From Alphaproteobacteria bacterium (lineage in GTDB: Bacteria > Pseudomonadota > Alphaproteobacteria > UBA828), in contig CBDCQT010000010.1 in assembly GCA_965220745.1 (NCBI GenBank), positions 576,001 to 640,000 on the forward strand: a stretch of DNA of 64,000 nucleotides, written 5' to 3'. The position numbers and the translations under genes were made by a program. Numbering within the stretch: position 1 is the first letter of the stretch; the number at the start of each line of letters is the position of its first letter. Below are positions 49,195 to 61,279 of the stretch, in pieces. The notes under the pieces were generated by a model. The model searched no databases. It had not been told where the DNA came from and worked only from the letters and a program-made list of their open reading frames with translations.

Positions 49195-51534
49195 GTGAGG
49201 GCCGCGGCGCTGCTGCTGGCGACCCTGTGGCTCGCCGCGAGCGCGCCGGCGCTCGCCCAGGACGGCACGCCCGCCGCCGACGCGGCCGACGCTCAGGCCC
49301 TCGAAAGCCTGGTCGAGACCCTCGAATCGCCGGAGCAGCGCGAGCGCTTCATCGCCGACCTCAAGGCCGCGCTGGAGGCCCAGCAGGCAACGGAGGCGAG
49401 CAAGGATGCCGAAGGCGCATCTGCCATGCGCGCGATTTCGGACGGGGTCGCCGTCCTCGGCAAGCACATCGTCGAGCTCGCGCGGGAAATCGCCGGCATC
49501 CCCGACGCCATCGCTTGGCTAGTCGAACATTGGGGCGAGCCGAGCGAGCGCGACGCCTGGCTGATCTCCTTCGGCAAGCTGGCCGCCGTCATGGCCGGTG
49601 GGATCATCGGCGGCCTGATCGCCTTCTACGCGCTCACCACGCTCAGGCGCCGGGTGGAGGGGCGGGAGGCACCCTCCCTCTGGCTCCGACCGGTGCTGCT
49701 GCTTTATCACGCCGTGCTCAGGGCGGCGCCCAACCTGATCGCGGCCGGCGTCGCCTACGGCGTCCTCACCGTGATATCGCCGGTCGACTCGGTTCGGGTG
49801 ATCGCGCTCGCGATTATCAACGCGCATCTCATCGTGACCGTGGTCAAGGTGGCGGGCACCCTGGTGCTGGCGCCTTACGCGCCGCAGCTTCGCCTCGCCC
49901 CGATCACCGACGAGAACGCCGCCTATTGCTCGGTCTGGTGGCGGCGCCTGGTAAACATCGGGGCCTACGGCTACGTCTTCTGTCAGGCGGCGCTGCTGCT
50001 CGGCCTGCCCGAGAGCGGCCACGACGCGCTGATCCGCCTGCTCGGCATCCTCCTGGTCGGGCTGCTCATCACCTTCATTCTGCAGAATCGCGTGGCGTTT
50101 GCGCGCTGGCTGCACGAGACCGGGCGGACCAGCGGCACGCGGGCGCACCTCAGGGTCTTCGCGTTCCTGGGCAAGCTCGCGGATTTCTGGCACATCCCGG
50201 CGATCCTCTACGTCGTCGCGGGCGGCCTGCTGGCTGCCGCCGAGGGGCTGGAGGGCTTCCTCTTCCTGATCAAGGGGAGCGCGCTCACTCTCTTGATCGC
50301 CTGGGCCACGGGCTTTGGCTTCGCAGGCGTCCGGCGCGGCTTCGAGCGAGGCTTTCGCATCCGTGCCGAGCTGCACGAGCGCTATCCGGGACTACAGGCA
50401 CGGGTCAACCGCTACCTGCCGGTGGCACGCCGGGCGGCGCAGGCGGTGATCCTGCTGCTGGGGATCTGCCTCATCCTCGAGGCGTGGAACGCCGACATTT
50501 TCACCTGGCTCGCGAGCGAAATCGGCCGCGCCGTGATCGCAACGATCGCCTCGATCGTGGCCATCGCCCTCATCGCGACGATCGTGCTCGAAGTGGCGAC
50601 CACGCTGGTCGACCGCTACCTCACCCAGGTCGACGAGAAGGGCGAGCTGGTGGAGCGGAGCCAGCGCGCCCGCACCCTGCTGCCGCTCGCGCGCAACGCG
50701 CTCCGCGTCGTCGTCGGTGTGATCGCGGCGCTGATGATCCTCTCGGAGATCGGCCTGGATATCGCGCCTGTGCTGGCGGGCGTGGGCGTCGCCGGCCTCG
50801 CCATCGGCTTCGGCGCGCAGACCCTGGTGAAGGACATCATCACCGGGCTCTTCATCCTGCTGGAGGACAGCGTCGCCGTGGGCGACGTGGTGACCGCCGG
50901 CGGCCACACCGGGACGGTCGAAGCGATCACGATCCGCACCATCCGCCTGCGCGACCTGCAGGGCCACGTGCACACCGTGCCGTTCAGCGGGGTCGACACG
51001 ATCTCCAACATGACCAAGGAGTTCTCCTACTACCTGATCGACATGGGCGTGGCCTACCGCGAGGACTACGACGAGGTGGTGGAGGTCATGCGCGAAGTGG
51101 GCGCGGAGCTGCAGCAGGACCCGGAGATCGGCCCCAACATGCTGGAGCCGCTGGAGATCATGGGCCTCAACAGCTTCGGCGATTCGGCCGTCATCGTCCG
51201 CGCCCGGCTCAAGACCAAGCCGCTCACGCAGTGGGCGACCGGCCGGGAGTACAACCGCAGGCTCAAGGCCGCGTTCGACGAGCGCGGGATCGAGATCCCC
51301 TTCCCCCATACGCAGATCTACTTCGGGGAGGACAAGCAGGGCCGCGCGCCAGCCGCCCAGGTGGTCATCGAGGACGCGCGGACGGACGACGACGACACAC
51401 CGCCGCAGTCCTCCGCTGATGACGAGAAGGAGCAGGAGAGACGGGCGCGGCAAAGGGAGCACACGCCGCGCGAGCGGAGCGGCGACGGGCCGGAAGACGC
51501 AGGCAGCGGCTCGGGCGACGATGCTCCGGGTTAG
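49195..51534 (+). CDS. Large mechanosensitive channel protein, MscS/YbiO family (start uncertain)
   Basis: Signal peptide, multiple TM helices, [30 protein letters not shown]. Confidence 0.9.
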   Translation: MRAAALLLATLWLAASAPALAQDGTPAADAADAQALESLVETLESPEQRERFIADLKAALEAQQATEASKDAEGASAMRAISDGVAVLGKHIVELAREIAGIPDAIAWLVEHWGEPSERDAWLISFGKLAAVMAGGIIGGLIAFYALTTLRRRVEGREAPSLWLRPVLLLYHAVLRAAPNLIAAGVAYGVLTVISPVDSVRVIALAIINAHLIVTVVKVAGTLVLAPYAPQLRLAPITDENAAYCSVWWRRLVNIGAYGYVFCQAALLLGLPESGHDALIRLLGILLVGLLITFILQNRVAFARWLHETGRTSGTRAHLRVFAFLGKLADFWHIPAILYVVAGGLLAAAEGLEGFLFLIKGSALTLLIAWATGFGFAGVRRGFERGFRIRAELHERYPGLQARVNRYLPVARRAAQAVILLLGICLILEAWNADIFTWLASEIGRAVIATIASIVAIALIATIVLEVATTLVDRYLTQVDEKGELVERSQRARTLLPLARNALRVVVGVIAALMILSEIGLDIAPVLAGVGVAGLAIGFGAQTLVKDIITGLFILLEDSVAVGDVVTAGGHTGTVEAITIRTIRLRDLQGHVHTVPFSGVDTISNMTKEFSYYLIDMGVAYREDYDEVVEVMREVGAELQQDPEIGPNMLEPLEIMGLNSFGDSAVIVRARLKTKPLTQWATGREYNRRLKAAFDERGIEIPFPHTQIYFGEDKQGRAPAAQVVIEDARTDDDDTPPQSSADDEKEQERRARQREHTPRERSGDGPEDAGSGSGDDAPG

Positions 51535-51565
51535 GAGTCCTTACATTTCCCTCAGGCGCCGGGCG

Positions 51566-51594
51566 TTGACTCGAGTAGGCCATTGGCCTACATC
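51566..51594 (+). promoter_or_regulatory. TA promoter with palindromic operator
   Basis: TTGACT-N17-TACATC; perfect 8-1-8 inverted repeat GTAGGCCA-T-TGGCCTAC (51575-51591). Confidence 0.7.
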
Positions 51595-51599
51595 ATGAC

Positions 51600-51881
51600 A
51601 TGGAATTCGAATGGGACGATGCCAAGAGTGACGCTTGTCTCGCACTGCGCGGCTTCGACTTCGACTATGCCATCCGCGTCTTCCTGGATGACAACCGAAT
51701 CGCCGGCCGGGACCGCCGCTGGGACTACGGCGAGGACCGCTATCGGCTGCTCGGGGCGATAGAAGGTCGCGTGTTCGTTGTGATCTACACCATGCGCGGT
51801 TCGGCCATCCGCATCATTTCGGCGCGCAAGGCCAACGGCAAGGAGGTTCGGGAGTATGAGCAGGACACGCGTCAGGATTGA
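51600..51881 (+). CDS. BrnT family type II toxin
   Basis: MEFEWDDAK, DYGEDRY, VVIYT.R...RIISARKAN..E. Confidence 0.92.
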   Translation: MEFEWDDAKSDACLALRGFDFDYAIRVFLDDNRIAGRDRRWDYGEDRYRLLGAIEGRVFVVIYTMRGSAIRIISARKANGKEVREYEQDTRQD

Positions 51882-52191
51882 CCCGGGCAATCCAAGCAGC
51901 CTTCCTCCGGGGCGGGTCGATCATGCGGTGCTCGATGCGACGAGCGAGGATGATATCGCACGGCAGGCGCGCGAAGACGACGCCGAGGCGATGCAGGACA
52001 TGGCGCGATTTACCCGCCGGGTGCGCAAGCGCCTGGGGCTGACGCAGTTGGAGTTCGCTCGCCGCATCGACGTGCCGCACGAGACGATCCGCAACTGGGA
52101 GCAAGGCAAGCGCGGGCCCACGGGTGCCGCCAGAGCCTTGCTCAGGATCCTCGACAAGGCGCCCGAGACGGCCCTGCGCGTGCTGGACTGA
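51856..52191 (+). CDS. Xre/HTH antitoxin (HigA/YiaG-like C-terminus)
   Basis: RKRLGLTQ.EFA..I......IRNWEQGKR.P.GAARALL; overlaps the toxin gene. Confidence 0.88.
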   Translation: MSRTRVRIDPGNPSSLPPGRVDHAVLDATSEDDIARQAREDDAEAMQDMARFTRRVRKRLGLTQLEFARRIDVPHETIRNWEQGKRGPTGAARALLRILDKAPETALRVLD

Positions 52192-52383
52192 TTTTCGGGG
52201 AAGCCCGCTCCAAACCGCCTCGTCATTCCGTTCAAGCGGTAGGCTCTGCACGATCATTCAACAGTTCAAACAGGGACGTGATCCGTACCGCGGGCGCGTT
52301 GACTTGAGCGCGCCGCAGTCCCATCGTGCGCCGCGCATTCAACCGGGCGTGGTGGACAGGGCCGCGCCCTGGAAGGGGGCTCC

Positions 52384-54051
52384 ATGAAAGCGTCCGATCT
52401 GATGGTCAAATGCCTCGAAACCGAGGGCGTGACCCACATCTTCGGAATTCCCGGCGAAGAGAACGCCGACGTGATGATGTCGCTGATGGACAGCAACATC
52501 GATTTCGTCCTCTGCCGCCACGAGCAGGCGGCGGCCTTCATGGCGGACGTCTACGGCCGGCTCACCGGGAAGGCCGGTGTCTGCCTCGGCACGCTCGGCC
52601 CCGGCGCGACCAACCTCGTCACCGGCGTCGCCGACGCCAACATGGACCGCGCGCCGCTGGTCTGCCTCATCGGCCAGGCCGGCACCCAACGCCTTCACAA
52701 GGAGAGCCACCAGAACATGGACTCGGTCTCCATGTTCCGCCCGATCACCAAGTGGGCGCAGACGGTGCACCAGCCGGACAACATTCCCGAGATCGTGCGC
52801 AAGGCCTTCAAGGTCGCGGAAGCCGAGAAGCCGGGCGCGGTGCTGATCGAGCTGCCGGAGGACATCGCCGAGCACGAGGCGAGCGGCGCGCCGATCGCCC
52901 CGATCAAAACCCGGCGGCCCGGCGCCGATTACAAGGCGGTGGCGCGCTCGGTGGATGCGATCATGGGTGCCAGGAACCCGCTGATCCTCGCCGGCAACGG
53001 CGCCATCCGCAAGCGGGCGTCGACCCAGCTCAGGCGCCTCGCCGACCTCACCGGCATCGGCGTGGTCAACACCTTCATGGGCAAGGGGGCCGTGCCGAGG
53101 AGCGACGAGCACTGTCTCTTCACCGTGGGCCTGCAGGGCAAGGACCACATCATCGCAGCACTCCGCGAGGCCGACGTGATCGTCTCCGTCGGCTACGACC
53201 TGGTGGAGTATTCGCCGGCGTTCTGGAACCGCGGCGCGGAGAAGACCATCGTCCATATCGACTTCTGGCCGGCCGAGGTGGACGGCGACTACCAGGTGGA
53301 GGTGGATGTCGCCGGCGATATCGCCGATGCGCTCTGGCAGATCAACGAAGAGATCGAGCGGCGCAGCGCCGACAGCGGCGCGAACCTGCCGCTGTTCGAT
53401 ATCGGCGAGCGCCAGGCGCTGCGCCACACCATCCACGACGACCTCACCGCCGAGCGGGGCAGCAGCCACTTCCCCATGCGCCCGCAGAAGGTGCTCTACG
53501 ACGTGCGCAACGTCATGGGGCCGGAGGACGTGCTGCTCTCCGACGTGGGCGCGCACAAGATGTGGATCGCCCGCTACTACCAGTGCGACGAGGCGAACAC
53601 CTGCCTCATCTCCAACGGCTTCTGCACCATGGGCTTCGCCTTCCCCGGCTCGCTCGGGGCCAAGATCGCCATGCCCGAGCGGCGCATCCTCTCGATCAAC
53701 GGCGATGCCGGGTTTTTCATGAACGCGCAGGACATGGAGACCGCGGTCAGGCGCAAGCTCAACGTGGTCGCCATGATCTGGATGGATGGCGCCTACGGGC
53801 TGATCGAGTGGAAGCAGCGCAACGCCTTCGACGGCCGGCACTTCGACCTCTCGTTCACCAATCCGGACCTCCAGCTCTGGGCCGAGTCCTACGGCGCCTG
53901 GGGGTGCACCATCGAGAAGGCCGATGAGCTCGTGCCCGCGCTGGAAGAGGCGTTCCGGCAGCCGGGGCCTGCGGTGATCGGCGTGCCCATCGACTACGGC
54001 GAGAACATGAAGCTGTCCGCGCGCCTCGGGAAGATCGAATACCCGATCTGA
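52384..54051 (+). CDS. Acetolactate synthase large subunit-like TPP enzyme
   Basis: FGIPGEEN, RHEQAA, TLGPGATN, DVGAHKMW, GDAGF. Confidence 0.92.
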   Translation: MKASDLMVKCLETEGVTHIFGIPGEENADVMMSLMDSNIDFVLCRHEQAAAFMADVYGRLTGKAGVCLGTLGPGATNLVTGVADANMDRAPLVCLIGQAGTQRLHKESHQNMDSVSMFRPITKWAQTVHQPDNIPEIVRKAFKVAEAEKPGAVLIELPEDIAEHEASGAPIAPIKTRRPGADYKAVARSVDAIMGARNPLILAGNGAIRKRASTQLRRLADLTGIGVVNTFMGKGAVPRSDEHCLFTVGLQGKDHIIAALREADVIVSVGYDLVEYSPAFWNRGAEKTIVHIDFWPAEVDGDYQVEVDVAGDIADALWQINEEIERRSADSGANLPLFDIGERQALRHTIHDDLTAERGSSHFPMRPQKVLYDVRNVMGPEDVLLSDVGAHKMWIARYYQCDEANTCLISNGFCTMGFAFPGSLGAKIAMPERRILSINGDAGFFMNAQDMETAVRRKLNVVAMIWMDGAYGLIEWKQRNAFDGRHFDLSFTNPDLQLWAESYGAWGCTIEKADELVPALEEAFRQPGPAVIGVPIDYGENMKLSARLGKIEYPI

Positions 54052-54135
54052 TCCCTTGTTCAGCGTGCTAGCGCGTTGACTTGAGGGGCCTCTGAACGGA
54101 TAGTGCGCGCTTTCCAAATCTTGGGAGGCGCTGCC

Positions 54136-55305
54136 GTGTCCACCTCATTGATGGCCAACTATGGCCGTTTCGACCTCACCTTTGAGCGGGGCGAGGGATC
54201 GTACCTCTACACGGCCGACGGCGAGCGCTACCTGGATTTCGGCTGCGGCATCGGCGTGACCAGCCTGGGGCATGCGCATCCGCATGTGGTCGCCGCGCTG
54301 GAGGGGCAGGCCAAAGAGCTTTGGCACGTCTCCAACCTCTATCACATCCCGCCGCAGGCGCGTCTCGCCGAGCGGCTCACCGCCGCGTCTTTCGCCGACC
54401 GTGTGCTGTTCTGCAATTCCGGGGCGGAGGCGATGGAGTGCGCGATCAAGCTCGCGCGCATCTACCAGACCAGCCGCGGCGCGCCCGAGCGCTACCGCGT
54501 GGTCACCTTCCGCAACGCCTTCCACGGACGGACGCTCGCGACCATCGCGGCGGGCGCGCAGGCCAAGCACCTCAAGGGATTCGAGCCTGCCGTGGATGCC
54601 TTCGACCAGGTGGACCTGAACGACCTGGATGCGACCCGTGCCGTAATCGGCGACGAGACCGCGGCCCTGCTGGTCGAGCCGATCCAGGGCGAGGGCGGCG
54701 TCCATCCGGCGACCGACGAATTCTTGCAAGGTTTGCGCGCGCTCGCGGACGAGGCTGGGCTCGTGCTCATCTTCGACGAAGTGCAGTGCGGCGTGGGCCG
54801 CACCGGCCGGCTCTTTGCCCACGAGTGGGCAGGCGTGACGCCCGACATCATGGGTGTCGCCAAGGCGCTGGGGAACGGCTTCCCGATGGGTGCCTGCCTC
54901 GCGCGGGAGGAGGTCGCGGCGGCGATGGTCCCCGGCAGCCACGGCACCACCTTCGGCGGCAACCCGATGGCGTGCACGGTGGGCAATGCCGTGCTCGACG
55001 TGGTGCTCGCCGACGGGTTCCTCGACACCGTGCAGAAGAACGCCGCGCTGCTAGCGGAGCGGCTGACCGCGCTTGCCGGTAACAAGAGCGTCTACACCAG
55101 CGTGCGCGGACGCGGCATGATGCTGGGCCTGGAGTGCATCGTGCCCAACATGGAGCTTCTCGGCGCGCTGCGCGAAAACAAGGTGCTGGCGCTGCCGGCG
55201 GACAGCAACGTGCTGCGCATGCTGCCCCCGCTCACCATCGGCGAGACCGAGATCGACGAGGCCTGCGACGCGCTGGAGCGGGCCTTGGCCCAGGTGGGGT
55301 CGTGA
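54136..55305 (+). CDS. argD: Acetylornithine aminotransferase
   Basis: NSGAEA, FHGRT, EPIQGEGG, DEVQCG.GRTG, AKALGNG, HGTTFGGN; upstream of argF. Confidence 0.95.
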   Translation: MSTSLMANYGRFDLTFERGEGSYLYTADGERYLDFGCGIGVTSLGHAHPHVVAALEGQAKELWHVSNLYHIPPQARLAERLTAASFADRVLFCNSGAEAMECAIKLARIYQTSRGAPERYRVVTFRNAFHGRTLATIAAGAQAKHLKGFEPAVDAFDQVDLNDLDATRAVIGDETAALLVEPIQGEGGVHPATDEFLQGLRALADEAGLVLIFDEVQCGVGRTGRLFAHEWAGVTPDIMGVAKALGNGFPMGACLAREEVAAAMVPGSHGTTFGGNPMACTVGNAVLDVVLADGFLDTVQKNAALLAERLTALAGNKSVYTSVRGRGMMLGLECIVPNMELLGALRENKVLALPADSNVLRMLPPLTIGETEIDEACDALERALAQVGS

Positions 55306-56207
55306 CCCAGCCGCGCCACTTCCTCGATTTCGACGGGATCGACGCCGCCACGCTGCGCGCGACCATCGACCGGGCGCGCACGCTCAAGGGCCGGAGCGGC
55401 GCCGCGCCGCTCGCCGGCAAGACCCTCGCCGCGATCTTCGAGAGCCCGTCGACGCGCACGCGGGTCTCGTTCGAGGTCGCCATGGACGAGCTCGGCGGCA
55501 AGACCATCACCATGACGGCGTCCGACATGCAGCTCGGGCGCGGCGAGACCATCGAGGACACCGCGTGCGTGCTCTCGCGCTATGTCGATGCGATCGCGCT
55601 ACGCACGTGCTCCCACGAGACCCTGCTGGCGCTCGCCGACGGCGCGAGCGTGCCGGTCATCAACGCGCTCTCCGACCGCAGCCACCCCTGCCAGCTGGTG
55701 GCCGACGTGATGACCTACGAGGAGCACCGGGGCCCCATCGCAGGCCGCACCGTCGCCTGGTTGGGCGACGGCAACAACATGGCCGCGACCTGGGTGCAGA
55801 CCGCCGCGCACTGCGGCTTCAGCCTGCGCCTCGCCTGCCCGGCCGCGTACCCGCCGCCGGCCGAGATCGTTGCTTGGGCGAAGGAGCGGGGCGCCGACAT
55901 CGAGGTGGGCACCGACGTGGCCGGCGCGGTGACCGGCGCCCACTGCGTGGTGACCGACACCTGGGTGTCGCTGCACGATGACCCTGCGCGCAAGGGCAAC
56001 GTGTCGTTCGAGCCCTACCGCGTGGACGAGGCGGTGATGGCGATGGCGGCGCCCGACGCGATCTTCATGCACTGCCTGCCGGCGAAGCGGGGTTGCGAGG
56101 TGACCGACGCGGTGCTCGACGGGCCGCAGTCGGTGGTGTTCGACGAAGCGGCCAATCGCGTGCCGGCGCAGAAGTCGATCCTGCTCTGGTGCCTGGAAGG
56201 CGCCTGA
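55302..56207 (+). CDS. argF: Ornithine carbamoyltransferase
   Basis: STRTRVSFE, HPCQ, GDGNN, HCLP. Confidence 0.9.
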   Translation: MTQPRHFLDFDGIDAATLRATIDRARTLKGRSGAAPLAGKTLAAIFESPSTRTRVSFEVAMDELGGKTITMTASDMQLGRGETIEDTACVLSRYVDAIALRTCSHETLLALADGASVPVINALSDRSHPCQLVADVMTYEEHRGPIAGRTVAWLGDGNNMAATWVQTAAHCGFSLRLACPAAYPPPAEIVAWAKERGADIEVGTDVAGAVTGAHCVVTDTWVSLHDDPARKGNVSFEPYRVDEAVMAMAAPDAIFMHCLPAKRGCEVTDAVLDGPQSVVFDEAANRVPAQKSILLWCLEGA

Positions 56208-56341
56208 GCCTTCCCGCGTCGCTACTTATCGTCTAACGCAGCATGCTGACGGCTCCTGAATAACGTGGTTGACACTTTGGGTTGTTTGTCACATTATTAC
56301 TTACAAATGAATTCACATCGTCTCGTTCGAGGAATGGTGCC

Positions 56342-56904
56342 GTGCCGACAATCCGCATATCTGACGAATCGATGCAGCGACTGAAGGCGTGGGCGGAGCC
56401 GCTCGTGGACTCGGCGGACTCGGCCCTTGCGAAGGCGCTGGACGCCGCCGAACGCTATCGTGAGACACACGCCCCAACGGCCACAGCCCCCGTTCCACGA
56501 TCCGGCGATCATGCTCCGGGGCTACCGGAGGAGACCGTTAGAGAGCCCCTCATGGATGTCATCTATGAGCGAGGCGGCAGCGCGAGCGGGCGCGAAGTTT
56601 ATCCGGCCCTGAGAGAGCGCGTGAAACGCTACATGACGCCCGGCGATTTCGATCGAATCAGCTCGGGCGACGACAGATGGAGAAGTACTGTGAAGTCGGC
56701 ACGCGAAGACCTGGTTCAAGACGGATATCTCCGCGACGATTCGCCGCGCGGGGTCTGGGCGTTGTCCGACGCGGGCGTCGCATTGGTCGAGAGCCGTCGC
56801 GTGGCTTCCTCGGGCAGCTTCGTCGATCACCTCCTCGCGTTTCCGGACGTGGGCGACGATTCGGACTTCGATCAGCCGCGCTCGGGCCCGCGGCCGGTGG
56901 ACCT

Positions 56905-56908
<4 letters not shown>
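56342..56908 (+). CDS. Mrr N-terminal winged-helix protein with antitoxin-like C-terminal tail
   Basis: GGSA...V, RW....AR..LV..GYL..DSPRGVW.LS..G (Mrr_N pattern); tail SFVDHLLAFPDVGDDSDF; GTGA overlap with the PIN gene. Confidence 0.8.
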
Positions 56909-58837
<1,929 letters not shown>

Positions 58838-58912
58838 GACGCCCAACACAACATGCTTACGGAGCCTACGTTTAATCTAATGTGAAATGGCTCCAGCCAA
58901 GGCAAGGCAACC

Positions 58913-58997
58913 ATGGATGCGTTTGAGAACGTTGTATCAGAGATTCTCTGGCGCGACGGCTATTGGGTTCAGAATTCCGTAAAGGTTAGACTTACTA
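58913..58997 (+). pseudogene. 5' fragment of an IS-interrupted PD-(D/E)XK nuclease-like gene
   Basis: ATG 58913 gives MDAFENVVSEILWRDGYWVQNSVKVRLT; joins in frame to 61279 once both IS are removed. Confidence 0.8.
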
Positions 58998-59063
58998 GTA
59001 CTACAGTTGCATATTAGTCGATGATGTGATGTCCTCGCTGCGTGATGGACGGGAAGAGGGGGA

Positions 59064-60263
59064 ATGATGAGTATCGCGGCCTGGTCCGGTTCCCTCGTGG
59101 AGTGGGAGGGTGAGCTGTCGTCGCTGAAGGCGCGTCTTGGCCCGGTCTTCGGCCGGCGCGAGCTTCGCGAGACGGGAAGCGCGTTTCTGGATGGCCTCCT
59201 GTCGGGGATTGCGCGCAAGACCGGATGGATGCTGTCGGAGCACGCGGGCTTTGAACGTCCCTGGCGGATCCAGGGCCTCCTGGGCCGAAACCGCTGGGAT
59301 GCTGACGCGCTGCGCGACGAGGTGCGTGCCTATGTCGTGGAAGCGCTCGGTTGCGAGGACGGCGTCCTGGTGGTGGACGAGACAGGCTTTCTGAAGAAGG
59401 GGCGTCACTCGGTCGGGGTCGCACGCCAGTACACGGGGACTGCAGGCCGCATCGAGAACAGCCAGGTCGGTGTCTTTCTCGCCTATGCCGGCCGTTTCGG
59501 CCAGGCCCTGATCGACCGGCGCCTGTACTTGCCGAAGGATTGGGCCTCGGATGAGGCCCGGCGGGCGAAGACGGGCGTCCCGGCCGACCTGACCTTCGCC
59601 ACCAAGCCCGCGCTGGCACGGGAGATGGTGGCGCGCGCCCTGGATGCGGGCGTTCCCTGTGCGTGGGTCCTGGCCGATGCGGTCTACGGGTCGGACTTCG
59701 GCCTGCGCTCCATGCTGGAGGAGCGAGGACAGGCCTACGTGCTGGCGATACGCAGCAACCATCATCTGCGCTTCATCGACGCCGCGGGCTTGATTGAAAC
59801 GACCCCTGCTCAGATCGCCGACGGTCTTGACCACGACGCCTGGTCGGCCCATGCCGCCGGCGAGGGCAGCAAGGGTCTGCGGCTCTACCACTGGGCGCGG
59901 TTCGCTCTGCCCTGGGACTGCCCCTCGGGCTGGCAACGCTGGCTCCTGATCCGCCGCTCCCGGAAAGACCCGGAGAAGCGGGCCTACTATCTTGTCTTCT
60001 GTCCCGTCGCCACGAGCCTTGCCGAGCTGGCAGGCGCCGCCGGTCTGCGCTGGACCATCGAGGAATGCTTTCAGCGGGCCAAGGACGACCTCGGCCTCGA
60101 TCACTGCGAGGCCCGCTCCTGGCACGGCTGGCACCGCCACATGAGCCTCGTCATGGCCGCCGCCGCCTTCCTTGCCAAGGTGACTGCCGACATGCGCCGC
60201 ATGGCATGCCGCAAACGGAACAAATCGAGTCCAGTCATGGCAACAGCCGTCTCGCCGCCATGA
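59064..60263 (+). CDS. IS701 family transposase
   Basis: VDETGFLKKG..SVGVARQYTG.AG..EN.Q, AD.VYG, RWTIEECF..AK...GLDH.E.RSW.GW. Confidence 0.95.
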   Translation: MMSIAAWSGSLVEWEGELSSLKARLGPVFGRRELRETGSAFLDGLLSGIARKTGWMLSEHAGFERPWRIQGLLGRNRWDADALRDEVRAYVVEALGCEDGVLVVDETGFLKKGRHSVGVARQYTGTAGRIENSQVGVFLAYAGRFGQALIDRRLYLPKDWASDEARRAKTGVPADLTFATKPALAREMVARALDAGVPCAWVLADAVYGSDFGLRSMLEERGQAYVLAIRSNHHLRFIDAAGLIETTPAQIADGLDHDAWSAHAAGEGSKGLRLYHWARFALPWDCPSGWQRWLLIRRSRKDPEKRAYYLVFCPVATSLAELAGAAGLRWTIEECFQRAKDDLGLDHCEARSWHGWHRHMSLVMAAAAFLAKVTADMRRMACRKRNKSSPVMATAVSPP

Positions 60264-60430
60264 ACGCTCTCGTGCCGACAGTGCCGGAGGTCCGCCATCT
60301 GCTCGCCAAGCTCCTTCTCAGGCCGCCGATCTGTGCCGCGTTCGTCATGCAGTGGTCTCTCTGGCGACGAAGACACCAAGCCCGTGCCGCACGAGCCCAT
60401 TACAAACATCGCCACAAAACGCAACTGTAG
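60260..60430 (+). CDS. Small IS701-associated ORF resembling the usual transposase C-terminal segment
   Basis: PTVPEVRHLL...WSLWRRRHQARA..AHY; ATGA overlap with the transposase stop. Confidence 0.5.
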   Translation: MNALVPTVPEVRHLLAKLLLRPPICAAFVMQWSLWRRRHQARAARAHYKHRHKTQL

Positions 60431-60435
60431 TATTA

Positions 60436-61276
60436 GGCCGCGTACTCATAAAGTAATTGTCGGCGAGCGCGAATCATGATTCAAGCTCCCAAATTGCGGG
60501 AGCCTGCCGATGAACCGCTACGACCTGACCGACTTCGAGTGGGGCGTGATCGAACCGTTGCTGCCGAACAAGCCTCGCGGCGTCCCCCGCGTGGACGACC
60601 GGCGCGTGCTCAACGGCATTATGTGGGTGCTCCGTTCCGGCGCTCCCTGGCGGGACCTGCCGGAGCGCTACGGGCCCTACACCACCTGTTACAACCGCTT
60701 CAATCGCTGGCGCAAGAACGGGGTGTGGGATCGCCTTATGGACGCCATCGTTGAGGCTTACGACGGCGACATACAGATGATCGACAGTTCCAGCGTCCGG
60801 GTTCACCAGCACGCAGCGGGCTCAAAAAGGGGGGTCCGGATCGTTGCATGGGTCGTTCCCGAGGCGGACTGACGACGAAGATTCACACCGTAGTCGACGC
60901 CAGCGGACTGCCGCTCCGCTTCGCCTTGAGCCCCGGTCAGGCCCACGACAGCACGCTTGCCGGAGCTTTGCTGGACGATCACCTGCCGCCCGACAGTTTC
61001 GTGCTCGCCGACAAGGCCTACGACGCCGATTGGATCAGGGCGATGATCGAGGCGCAGGATGCGGTGCCGATCATCCCCGATCGCAGCAGCACCACCAGGA
61101 CCCATGCCTTCAGCCGCGTGCTCTATCGCCTGCGCAACCGCGTCGAGCGTTTCTTCAACAAACTCAAACAGTTCCGGCGCATTGCAACGCGCTACGAAAA
61201 ACTCGCGGCCAACTACCTCGCCATGATCAAAATCGCCGCAATACGCATCTGGTTGCGTGCTAATGAGTCCACGCCC
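60436..61276 (+). mobile_element. IS5 family (IS427-group-like) insertion sequence
   Basis: Imperfect IRs GGCCGCGTACTCATAA / TAATGAGTCCACGCCC, TA on both sides, 841 bp. Confidence 0.92.
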
Positions 61277-61279
61277 TAA
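60510..61279 (+). CDS. IS5 family transposase, two ORFs (60510-60872, 60848-61279) probably joined by a -1 frameshift
   Basis: LTD.EW..IEPLLP, WRDLP..YG, IDSS; GRSRGG.TTKIH, ADKAYD, RN.VERFF..LK.FRRIATRY; slippery AAAAAGGGGGG at 60824-60834. Confidence 0.92.

Larger units (their letters stand above)
58998..60433 (+). mobile_element. IS701 family insertion sequence
   Basis: Terminal IRs TACTACAGTTGC (58999-59010) and GCAACTGTAGTA (60421-60432), flanked by CTAG/TTAG. Confidence 0.92.

Noticed and set aside
60824-60834. Frameshift in the IS5 transposase taken as pseudogenisation
   Set aside because: An A5G6 slippery site with two overlapping ORFs is the normal organisation of this IS5 subgroup
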